34,373 nucleotides of DNA from Promethearchaeota archaeon. GTDB taxonomy: Archaea; Asgardarchaeota; Lokiarchaeia; Sigyniarchaeales; SOKP01. Shown here piece by piece: positions 8,265 to 16,589 of this stretch. Under the pieces are notes generated by a model that worked only from the letters and a program-made list of their open reading frames with translations, searched no databases and was not told the origin of the DNA. The DNA is taken from NCBI GenBank assembly GCA_030603385.1, contig JAUVXW010000043.1, forward strand, positions 1 to 34,373, in the 5' to 3' direction. The position numbers and the translations under genes are program-made. Every line of letters begins with the position of its first letter. Within the stretch, counting starts at the first letter, position 1.

Positions 8265-9875
8265 TTATTTATAGACAGGTTGTAGTCCTGTTTGGAAATG
8301 CCTTAATCGTAGTTCTGCTCCGCGAGAAATTTTGACTTTTGGAATTTTTTCCCTATTATTATATAACTCAATTATCGCAGCAACGGCATAATCAATATGG
8401 GAGGGACCATAGACATTTCTCGGTACAGCAAATCGAACCAAATTTAAGACTTCTTTTCTTTGGTCAGGTGATTTCTTATCCCATTCAAAAGCAAAAGGTC
8501 CCAATTCAGCTGCTCTAATACCGTAGTGTCTGATTAATTCGATAGTAAAACCTACACCCCTAAAATCATCTGGTTTTGTATCTGAGTCTTCAAAAAATTT
8601 ATCCATATTAAGATAAACTGCATGTCCTCCAGCAGGGAGTATAACTGGAACATTATTTTGAGCAAGTTTTCGAGCAAAGTTCCTCACTTGAAATTTTCGT
8701 TCATTCAAATAGGGTTCTTGCACAACCTCATATAACCCCGTAGCAAGGGCCATAATATCTCTACCTGACATTGCTCCGTAGCTATCATTCCCAAAAGTTA
8801 AAATTTGTTTTTCTTTCAATTTAATACCGATGTCTTCTTTGATTGAAAACTTTTTATGGAAAGTTCCTTTATCTCTAAAAAAGAATCCACCACCAATGTT
8901 CGCTAGTCCATCTTTTTTGAAACTTATTGTGAAGCCCTCTATATATGAAAACATTTCTTGGACGATACTTGGGATAGAACGATCTTGATATCCTTTTTCA
9001 AATTCTTTAATAAAATTAGCATTCTCAGCAAATCTACAGGCGTCAAAAAAAAGAGGAATATCATATTTCACTGCTATTTTGTGAACCTCTCTTATATTTT
9101 TCATCGCAACAGGTTGTCCTGCAGCGGTATTATTGGTAATTGTTATATAGATTAATGGAACAGAATCTACTCCTTTTTCTTGAATTAACCTTTCTAGTCC
9201 TTCAATATCCATGTTACCCTTGAAAGGATTATTATTATCCATCTGATCATAAGGAAACTCATCTAATAAGTTAGCAGAAAAGAGATTAACGGGAGTAATG
9301 CCATTAGCCATGATATTTGCTTCTGTTGTATCGAAATGCCCATTATTTGGGATATAATATTCTCTATTGGAATCTTTTTCTCTCAGAATAGGAGCAATAG
9401 TAGAAAAAAGTAAGTGTTCAGCACATCTGCCCTGAGGAACTATGAATGCGTTTGGCCGTGTAAGTTGATGAACTCCTCCGTTAACGAATCCTCCTTCAAA
9501 TGAAGTAAGATAAAGCTCATCCATTAATCTTTTCACATTAGTTTCTCCAGAAAGTATCAGATTAATAGCCCGTTTTGGATTATCACTTCGTTCAAAGGTA
9601 TCTCTAATCGCATCCAAAAGAACATAGTATCCCTTATTACGAGCATAAGATTCGTCCCCATGAAAAAGGGCAGCCCATTGTAAATCAGTCATAGTACCTG
9701 ATCCAGAATCCGATAAGAAATCTACAAATAATAAATCTGCTGGAAATGAAAACATGTTATATTCGGTCTTTTTGAGTGCGTATTCACGTTGTTCTTTAGT
9801 AACCTTCTTAATAGTCCTAACTACCAGCGGTTTATTTGCAGGAATTGGTACACCTAAATCATTTTGCGATTTCAA
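8265..9875 (-). CDS. tnaA: Tryptophanase-like PLP beta-eliminating lyase
   Basis: Motifs are DFLSDSG, GDESYA, QGRCAE, HFDTT, DACRFAEN and SFKKDG (PLP lysine). GIRAAELG lacks the TPL-specific Arg, and the C-terminal LRHF has His as in TnaA where TPL has Phe. Confidence 0.8.
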   Translation of the reverse strand: MKSQNDLGVPIPANKPLVVRTIKKVTKEQREYALKKTEYNMFSFPADLLFVDFLSDSGSGTMTDLQWAALFHGDESYARNKGYYVLLDAIRDTFERSDNPKRAINLILSGETNVKRLMDELYLTSFEGGFVNGGVHQLTRPNAFIVPQGRCAEHLLFSTIAPILREKDSNREYYIPNNGHFDTTEANIMANGITPVNLFSANLLDEFPYDQMDNNNPFKGNMDIEGLERLIQEKGVDSVPLIYITITNNTAAGQPVAMKNIREVHKIAVKYDIPLFFDACRFAENANFIKEFEKGYQDRSIPSIVQEMFSYIEGFTISFKKDGLANIGGGFFFRDKGTFHKKFSIKEDIGIKLKEKQILTFGNDSYGAMSGRDIMALATGLYEVVQEPYLNERKFQVRNFARKLAQNNVPVILPAGGHAVYLNMDKFFEDSDTKPDDFRGVGFTIELIRHYGIRAAELGPFAFEWDKKSPDQRKEVLNLVRFAVPRNVYGPSHIDYAVAAIIELYNNREKIPKVKISRGAELRLRHFQTGLQPVYK

Positions 9876-10033
9876 TAAGTATCCACCAAAAATGAGTTTT
9901 TCATAATAAGTAGTGTTTGAAACTAGTTTTACAAGATTTAATAATTTTTAGCAATTTCTGTCTGGATAAATTATGAGCTTATTCTATTTGGAGTTCAAAA
10001 AAGCTATTAATTGTAAATAACTTAGGATAATAT

Positions 10034-11152
10034 ATGACAACAGAAGAAGTCGGAGACCCATATGAAAAAATATTACAAAACATGCGTGAATATCCTAGTG
10101 ATATACCAATAAATAATGGTAAAATATCGGAGGCATTCAGAGAATTCATTATATTATTATTCACTCCTGAAGAAGCGGAAATTGCACAATACTTAACAGT
10201 AAGACCTCAATCGGTTGGAAACATTTCAAAAAAAATGGGTAAGGAACGGGAAGACACTAAGAAAATTTTAGAGAAGATGGCGATGGATGGAGTAATTCAA
10301 GATATAGGAGGGTTTTCTTACTTTATAGCTATGCCCCATCTATTAAACATGGGATTCAAATATTCAAAAACATTTGAAAGGCTTGGTAAGAAAGGTGCCG
10401 AGTTATATCAGCAATTTTTTATCGAAGAAAAGTTTTATAAAAGATATGAGTCTTCTGATAAAGGGACTTCGCTTACGCGCGTAGTTCCCGTTAATTTATC
10501 AATTGATCACCAATCTCTTATCTCAAATGTCGAAGAAATACATGGAATCATTGAAAACTGTATGGGTCCGATTGTAATAACAGATTGCCCTTGTCGAAAT
10601 CGGACAGAAACATTAGAAATACGGGAATGTAAAGATAAGTATCCAATACATGAATCCTGTTTTCAAGTTGGTCTATTTGGAAAATATTTTTTAAGAAGAG
10701 GAGAGGGAAGAGAATTATCTCGTGAGGAAGCACATGAAATAATAGATAAATTAGCTCAATTAGGATTGGTGTTTACGACTGAAAACATAGAAAGTACGAT
10801 GCACCAAGTAATTTGCTGTTGTTGCGATTGTTGTTGTGCCATGTTGAGAGGTATGACTCGTTTTGAGGATAAAAATGAAAATTGTACTGCTAAATCAAAT
10901 TATATTTCAAAAGTAAATCAAGATCTATGTAAAGGATGTGGATTATGCGGGGAAAGATGTCCGTTTCAGGCAATCACAATAGATAATGCTAAATCTTATG
11001 TAAATGCTAAAAAATGTTATGGGTGTGGTGTTTGTGCGGTGACATGCCCAACGAATGCTATAAAACTTCACCGTATTGAGCGTTCGCATCTATTTAAAAA
11101 TCCTATAGAGTTAATGCAGAAAATATATCAAGAAAATAGAACTGAAAAATAA
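10034..11152 (+). CDS. 4Fe-4S binding protein (N-terminal HTH-like region, Cys-rich core, C-terminal 2x[4Fe-4S] ferredoxin)
   Basis: FTPEEAEIA, CPCR and ICCCCDCCC, followed by CKGCGLCGERCP and CYGCGVCAVTCP. Confidence 0.88.
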   Translation: MTTEEVGDPYEKILQNMREYPSDIPINNGKISEAFREFIILLFTPEEAEIAQYLTVRPQSVGNISKKMGKEREDTKKILEKMAMDGVIQDIGGFSYFIAMPHLLNMGFKYSKTFERLGKKGAELYQQFFIEEKFYKRYESSDKGTSLTRVVPVNLSIDHQSLISNVEEIHGIIENCMGPIVITDCPCRNRTETLEIRECKDKYPIHESCFQVGLFGKYFLRRGEGRELSREEAHEIIDKLAQLGLVFTTENIESTMHQVICCCCDCCCAMLRGMTRFEDKNENCTAKSNYISKVNQDLCKGCGLCGERCPFQAITIDNAKSYVNAKKCYGCGVCAVTCPTNAIKLHRIERSHLFKNPIELMQKIYQENRTEK

Positions 11153-11211
11153 AAAATAAGGTTATTTTTTTTGCTTACTATTATATTTTTTAGGTTTTTT
11201 GATTTTCAAAG

Positions 11212-12294
11212 CTATTTCAAAGCTGGCTTTACCAGACCGAGATCAATCATGGTTTGCCCGGTCTCGTACAACGTATCTTTGATGGCATGAGTCTTGAGAC
11301 CGAGTTCCTCGCGTGCCCGATCACAACGGGCGATCGGTGCTTGGTAAACTGCGCCATACTTCTTGATGATCTGGTTGATTTCCTCCGGTGGACCGCCCAC
11401 ATTGATCTGTGGAAATAACTCCTGCAAGTGCGCTTGTAGTTGTAACACGTCAATTTCACCGGATTCGTTTGCGGCACTCAGTTGATAGCGTACCCCGTTT
11501 TTACAGATGTCACTTTCAATCATTAGCGCCTGTGATTCGCCGACGTCGCGAACATCAACGATGTTCCATAATGCATTCCATTGCCGTTCGCAGGTCTTCC
11601 CAACTAGCATACGACCAAGCCACCATTGCCAAGAGTTTACGCGTTCGTGAACCCGGGAAAGAAGTGGTCCTAACACTGTAAGCGGACATACAGAAATGGC
11701 GTCAAAACGCCCATCCTTCTCGGCAAAGTGGTATGCTATGTGTTCACACTCGACCTTGGCCATTGAATAAGCCATCTCACCATCCTGGTCGATTCTACTT
11801 GAAGACCAGTTTGGATCGCTCTCACGATTGTCTGTAGCCCAATCTTTCTCGGTAAAGATATAACCAGACTTCATTGGGTGATGGATAGCAGAAAAGGAGC
11901 TCGTATAAATGAAGCGTTTTACCGTACCAACTTTTTTAACTGAATTAAGGACGTTATTGGTGCCATTCAAGGCACCATCGTATATCTGTCTGGGATTATT
12001 GGCACCACCATAACCCATGGGTGTACCGGCATGGAACACAGCACTACAATCCGATAATGGTATGTCATAGCTACCCTCCTTAAGCAGATTGGCGAAAAAA
12101 AGCTCCAAATGACCGGAGTAGTCGTCCCCGTTGAGTGCCAGTAAATGTTTAGTCTTGTCTGGGTTGTTTAGATCGGTCACACATGCATGTACTGTGTATC
12201 CGCGCTTCATCAACGCTACCACCACATGGGAACCGACATAACCCGAGGCACCAGTCACTGCAACCGGACCATCCGACGATGTTACTGCAGGCAT
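11212..12294 (-). CDS. NAD(P)-dependent extended SDR, dihydroflavonol reductase / aldehyde reductase II-like (copy 1)
   Basis: TGASGYVG Rossmann motif, YTSS and catalytic YSMAK, with a GAGGAGG SD. Visibly GC-richer than its flanks. Confidence 0.9.
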   Translation of the reverse strand: MPAVTSSDGPVAVTGASGYVGSHVVVALMKRGYTVHACVTDLNNPDKTKHLLALNGDDYSGHLELFFANLLKEGSYDIPLSDCSAVFHAGTPMGYGGANNPRQIYDGALNGTNNVLNSVKKVGTVKRFIYTSSFSAIHHPMKSGYIFTEKDWATDNRESDPNWSSSRIDQDGEMAYSMAKVECEHIAYHFAEKDGRFDAISVCPLTVLGPLLSRVHERVNSWQWWLGRMLVGKTCERQWNALWNIVDVRDVGESQALMIESDICKNGVRYQLSAANESGEIDVLQLQAHLQELFPQINVGGPPEEINQIIKKYGAVYQAPIARCDRAREELGLKTHAIKDTLYETGQTMIDLGLVKPALK

Positions 12295-12391
12295 TTTCCC
12301 CTCCTCGAATATCCAAGAATGAAACAGCGAAAAAATCTATTTTTTTTTCTCATTATATTCATCTTTAATTTGATTTAAATTATAAATTTAC

Positions 12392-12409
12392 AAATAGATA
12401 AATCTATTT
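12392..12409. promoter_or_regulatory. Palindrome AAATAGAT-AA-ATCTATTT upstream of reductase copy 1
   Basis: Perfect 8-bp arms just upstream of a TTTATAAT TATA-like box on the minus strand. Identical in copy 2. Confidence 0.6.
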
Positions 12410-12642
12410 TAAGCTTCATATTTTTTTTCGACTCAATATTTTTTTCAGTTCTTCTTATATTAGATTCACCTCTTCTTTTTTTGATATCTTCTTCCAGATC
12501 GTTTAAAAATAGATTCTGCTCTATATAGTTCCTTAGCATTATAACTCCCAAGGGCATAATGTGAAAAAGGATTTATTTTTTTTGATTCTTTTAGAAAATT
12601 TTAAAGTTTCTCAGGAAGATCGTCCACAATTTCTTGACAAAC

Positions 12643-12768
12643 GGAGTATGTGCTGTAACCTGTCTAACCGAAGCAATGAAACTTCATCGTATAGAGCGTT
12701 TCCATCTCTATAAAACTCCTATTGAATTAATGCAGAAAGTATACAAAGAAAATAGAGATGAAAAATAA
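12643..12768 (+). pseudogene. 3' remnant of a second copy of the 4Fe-4S gene
   Basis: Translates to GVCAVTCLTEAMKLHRIERFHLYKTPIELMQKVYKENRDEK*, versus GVCAVTCPTNAIKLHRIERSHLFKNPIELMQKIYQENRTEK* at 11027-11152 (32/41 identical). Confidence 0.9.
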
Positions 12769-12786
12769 AAAAACTTTAAGGCTTAC

Positions 12787-13869
12787 CTATTTTAGAGCCG
12801 GTTCTACGAGTCCTAAATCAATCATTGTTTTTCCTGTTTCATATAATGTGTCCTCAATAGCATGAGTCTTGAGACCGAGTTCTTTTCGTGCCCGATCACT
12901 ACGACCTAAGGGTGCTTGATAGACTGCCCCATATTTCTCGATGGTTTTATGGATCTCTTCTGGTGGGCCACCTACATCGATCTCAGGAAATAACTTCTGC
13001 AAATGTGCTTGAAGTTGAAGAACATCAATTTCACCTGATTCATCTGTTGCACTCAATTGATAACGCCATCCGTTCTTGCAAACATCACTTTCAACCATCA
13101 ATGCCTGAGCTTCACCAACGTCACGAACATCAACAATATTCCATAATGCGTACCATTGCCCTTCACAAGTCTTACCAGCTAGCATGCCCCCAATCCACCA
13201 TTGCCATGACCTTACTCTCTCATGCACTCGAGAAAGGAGGGGTCCTAACACCATAAGTGGGCAGGCTGAAATAGCGTCAAATTGACCAGATTTCTCAGCA
13301 AAATCATACGCAATATGTTCACATTCTACTTTAGCCATTGCATATGCTATATTTCTATCTTGATCTATTCGATCTACACTCCAGTTAGGATCGTTCTCAC
13401 GGTTATCAGAAGCCCAATCTTTTTCAGAAAAAACATAACCAGATTTCATCGGATGATGAATTGCAGAAAAAGAACTTGTATATATGAATCTTTTTACCGT
13501 ACCTACTTTCTTAGCAGACTTAAGGACACTTTTAGTGCCATTTATCGCACCGTCATAAACCTCTCTGGGACTATCAGCACCACCATAACCCATAGGTGTA
13601 GCAGCATGGAGTACGGCGCTACATCCTTTAAATGGTGTGTCATAACTACCAGCTTCGAGCAAATTGGCTGAAAATAGCTCTAAATGACCCGAATAATCGC
13701 TTTTGTTGAGATCTAATAGATGATTAGTTTTATCAGGATTATTCAGATCAGTTACACATGCGTGAACAGTAAATCCATGTTTTACCAATGCAACTACTAT
13801 ATGAGATCCGACATAACCCGAGGCACCGGTCACTGCAACCGGACCATCAAATGATGTTACTGCAGGCAT
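12787..13869 (-). CDS. NAD(P)-dependent extended SDR, DFR-like (copy 2)
   Basis: Paralog of 11212-12294 and also 360 aa when started at ATG 13869 after GAGGAGGG. Has TGASGYVG and YAMAK. Confidence 0.9.
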   Translation of the reverse strand: MPAVTSFDGPVAVTGASGYVGSHIVVALVKHGFTVHACVTDLNNPDKTNHLLDLNKSDYSGHLELFSANLLEAGSYDTPFKGCSAVLHAATPMGYGGADSPREVYDGAINGTKSVLKSAKKVGTVKRFIYTSSFSAIHHPMKSGYVFSEKDWASDNRENDPNWSVDRIDQDRNIAYAMAKVECEHIAYDFAEKSGQFDAISACPLMVLGPLLSRVHERVRSWQWWIGGMLAGKTCEGQWYALWNIVDVRDVGEAQALMVESDVCKNGWRYQLSATDESGEIDVLQLQAHLQKLFPEIDVGGPPEEIHKTIEKYGAVYQAPLGRSDRARKELGLKTHAIEDTLYETGKTMIDLGLVEPALK

Positions 13870-13966
13870 TTTTCCCTCCTCGAATGTCCAAAAATGAAAC
13901 ATCGAAAAATTCTATCAATTATTCTCATTATATTCATCTTTTATTTGATTTAATTTATAATTTTTC

Positions 13967-13984
13967 AAATAGATAAATCTATTT
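13967..13984. promoter_or_regulatory. Palindrome AAATAGAT-AA-ATCTATTT upstream of reductase copy 2
   Basis: Identical to 12392-12409 and in the same position relative to the gene. Confidence 0.6.
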
Positions 13985-13992
13985 TATATTGT

Positions 13993-15495
13993 TTAATTAT
14001 AAGCACTTCTTTTAGGTATGCGAGGTCGTAGGCTTATAATTTCTCTTAAAAGCCTCTCTATTAGTTGATCTCTTAACTCTTTATCACTGTTCCATAAATT
14101 ATCAACCTCATTGGAATCATTTTTATAATCAAAAATATCTCCAATTTCATCATATCCGTCATAGATTGTTAAGCGATATTGTTCAGTTATTAGAGTTCGA
14201 AGTCTGAATATTTTATCTTGAGCAATTTCTTCATCATGCTCAATTAAAACTTGTTGTCTTACCTTATTAGTTGGCTCTTTCAATATCGGGGTTATATCGT
14301 ATCCTTGCATTCCTTCTGGATATGACTTCTTATTAACACCCAATAAGTTTAAAATTGTTTTTGGTAAATCAACCGTACCCACTAAAGAATCTGTAACAGT
14401 AGACTTAGTAAATTTAGGAATTTTCCATATCAGTGGCATATTTATAACACTACGAAAGTGTGCTGGACCTTTTAATACCAACCCATGATCTCCGCAATAA
14501 TCTCCATGATCACTCGTAAAAATTACCATTGTATTTTCTGATAAGCCTGTTTTTTCTAGAGTTTTAAGAATACTTCCCACACTATCATCAATCATCGCTA
14601 TGGACCCATACGTGAGAGCAGCAAATTTTTTAAAGGTTTCTTCATCGATTTTTTGAGGGAGAAGATGAATAAAACGTTTGTCTCTCAATTGATTGCCAAT
14701 AAAGGGGTGATTTAGTAGTTTTTCACCATCATTAAAGTTTGAGGGGAGCTCTATATCTTCTGATTTATATAAATCTCTATATTTTCCTGGAGGACACACA
14801 GGGTGATGTGGATCAGGGAAAGAACAATGTAGGAAAAAGTTTTCTTGCTCGTATTTTCCTTCAGAGAATTGTTCAAGGTATTCTATTGATTTTTCCATTA
14901 TGTATGTTGTAGGATATAAGTCTTCAGGAATTATGGTCTCATAATATAATTTGAATATATTACTAATGTTTTTTTTATGCAAATCGATATTATCAAACTG
15001 CTTTTCTTCTAACCACTCAAGATAGTTGCCTGTTATTACATCACCATGACCATTCGTCATAAAAACATCATCAAATCCATAATATGGGATTGGAAGAGAC
15101 GATGATGGCAACTTTCCGCTCATTCCCTTAAGAATCTCCTCATATGAGGATATTTTTCTGTCATTTGAATTTGCATAGAAGTTAAAGTGTAATTTTCCAA
15201 CGTTACAAGTATGATACCCATAGTCCCGTAGTGTTCCTGAGAGTAGTGGAAGTTCGGGATTTAGATTGATTCCATTTGAACGTGTTCCATGAACACTTGG
15301 ATATAACCCAGTGAAAAAACTAGCTCGATTCGGCATACAAATAGGTGTTGAGCAAAAATAATTAGTAAATCTAACACCATCGTTCGCGATGCTATCGATA
15401 TGTGGTGTTTTTAAAATTGAATTTCCCATACAACTTAAATGATCCGCACGTTGTTGGTCAGTTATTATGAATATTACATTCATTTTTTCGCTCAA
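13993..15495 (-). CDS. Cys-type (formylglycine) sulfatase, arylsulfatase/choline-sulfatase-like
   Basis: NVIFIITDQQR, the CxPxR motif CMPNRAS, GKLH, PHHP and FTSDHGD. Confidence 0.92.
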   Translation of the reverse strand: MSEKMNVIFIITDQQRADHLSCMGNSILKTPHIDSIANDGVRFTNYFCSTPICMPNRASFFTGLYPSVHGTRSNGINLNPELPLLSGTLRDYGYHTCNVGKLHFNFYANSNDRKISSYEEILKGMSGKLPSSSLPIPYYGFDDVFMTNGHGDVITGNYLEWLEEKQFDNIDLHKKNISNIFKLYYETIIPEDLYPTTYIMEKSIEYLEQFSEGKYEQENFFLHCSFPDPHHPVCPPGKYRDLYKSEDIELPSNFNDGEKLLNHPFIGNQLRDKRFIHLLPQKIDEETFKKFAALTYGSIAMIDDSVGSILKTLEKTGLSENTMVIFTSDHGDYCGDHGLVLKGPAHFRSVINMPLIWKIPKFTKSTVTDSLVGTVDLPKTILNLLGVNKKSYPEGMQGYDITPILKEPTNKVRQQVLIEHDEEIAQDKIFRLRTLITEQYRLTIYDGYDEIGDIFDYKNDSNEVDNLWNSDKELRDQLIERLLREIISLRPRIPKRSAYN

Positions 15496-15508
15496 CTTTC
15501 ATAACCCA

Positions 15509-15646
15509 TCATTTTTTTAATGGTATACCATCTGAACAAGACACGTTTACCTGACAAAGTCCGCAAGAATAGATCGGTATTTTATTACTTTCGTCTTCTC
15601 TTAAAAAGGAATTTATCTTATTAATAAACCACTCTTTATCTAGCAT
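15509..15646 (-). pseudogene. 45-aa mini-ORF; probable in-frame internal deletion of a QueG-like Fe-S gene
   Basis: MLDKEWFINKINSFLREDESNKIPIYSCGLCQVNVSCSDGIPLKK*. The CGLCQxxVxC..IP end resembles the C-terminus of epoxyqueuosine-reductase-like proteins (recognised from memory). It lies 13 bp before the sulfatase start. Confidence 0.6.
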
Positions 15647-15688
15647 GATCTTTCGATTTTCTTTTTATTTTCTAAGTAATTGCTCCAG

Positions 15689-16420
15689 TTAAAACTTATT
15701 TTTTATATAATAAAATCGGATAGGAATGAGTACAATATAGAGAAATATATCAACTATAGACTTAGCATTCACAAAGAAAATGCATAAAATCGCTTCAGAG
15801 ATTAATCCTAAAATCAAAACGATTAATGCCCCATTCTGAATTTTCTTATCCTCTTTTCTTCTGTATAATAATTCTCCATAAACAGTGTTTAAAGAACCAA
15901 AAACGAGGATATATATTATCATGAGAGGATTTACATCATTTATTAATCCAACCCATGCTAATACATTGAAAAGCAATCCAAGACCTAATCCTTTTATTAC
16001 TGCAATAGAGAAAAAGCTAAGTTTATCGACTGCGTCCATTCGATCCAACTCGGTTTTTTTTATAAAAAAAGTAGGAAAACAGACTAAATTAATGATAACG
16101 ATTAGTATCAAAAAGAGATATACTATACTTCGATCTCCTGGAGTTCTTGTTATTATATGTGTTAGGATTGTTATAGAATTTAGTAAAGTAATGGTGGTAT
16201 TCCAGATGACGATCTTTCGTGTTTCATCAAGTTGTTTATTTTTTATTCTCATAATTGTAATAATACCTAATAAGAGGAAGAAAATTCCAAATACTAGTAC
16301 TGTAGCGGCGATTTCTAATAGCCCTCTGGCTAAAACAGTAGCTATTAAATGAAGAATTCCAGAGATAAACATTAAATATCCAGATACTAATACAAACTTA
16401 TTACTGACCATAATTTCCAC
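15689..16420 (-). CDS. Integral membrane protein, about 8 TM (apparent 4+4 internal repeat)
   Basis: 243 aa, highly hydrophobic, GTG start with an AGGTG SD-like context. Confidence 0.75.
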   Translation of the reverse strand: MEIMVSNKFVLVSGYLMFISGILHLIATVLARGLLEIAATVLVFGIFFLLLGIITIMRIKNKQLDETRKIVIWNTTITLLNSITILTHIITRTPGDRSIVYLFLILIVIINLVCFPTFFIKKTELDRMDAVDKLSFFSIAVIKGLGLGLLFNVLAWVGLINDVNPLMIIYILVFGSLNTVYGELLYRRKEDKKIQNGALIVLILGLISEAILCIFFVNAKSIVDIFLYIVLIPIRFYYIKNKF

Positions 16421-16518
16421 CTATAGAGGAGTTTTGTAACTAATTTAAGTAATTAATCTTAATTTGGTGTCAATAAATAAAAACTTTTAAAAAATACATT
16501 TATGATAAAGCTAATCTT

Positions 16519-16581
16519 TTAGGATCTATGCTGATCTGTCATTATGAATAATACATTCATCCTCTCGCTCTTAGTGATCAA
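16519..16581 (-). pseudogene. 5' stub of a second sulfatase gene
   Basis: Translates to LITKSERMNVLFIMTDQHRS*, versus the intact sulfatase start LSEKMNVIFIITDQQRA. Begins 8 bp after the stop of the QueG-like gene. Confidence 0.8.
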
Positions 16582-16589
16582 TATTTTTT

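Larger units (their letters stand above)
11027..13985. repeat. Diverged tandem duplication: unit 1 about 11027-12410, unit 2 about 12643-13985
   Basis: Each unit consists of the 3' end of the Fe-S gene (+), a reductase gene (-) and about 115 bp of conserved upstream DNA ending in the same palindrome. Confidence 0.9.

Noticed and set aside
12375-12557. 60-aa ORF in the spacer between the duplicated units
   Set aside because: It runs through the promoter palindrome and TATA region and has no recognisable homology. It might be a gene fragment but cannot be supported.
13870-13902. 11-aa N-terminal extension of reductase copy 2
   Set aside because: It spans the GAGGAGG SD, and the paralog starts at MPAVTS, so ATG 13869 is preferred.
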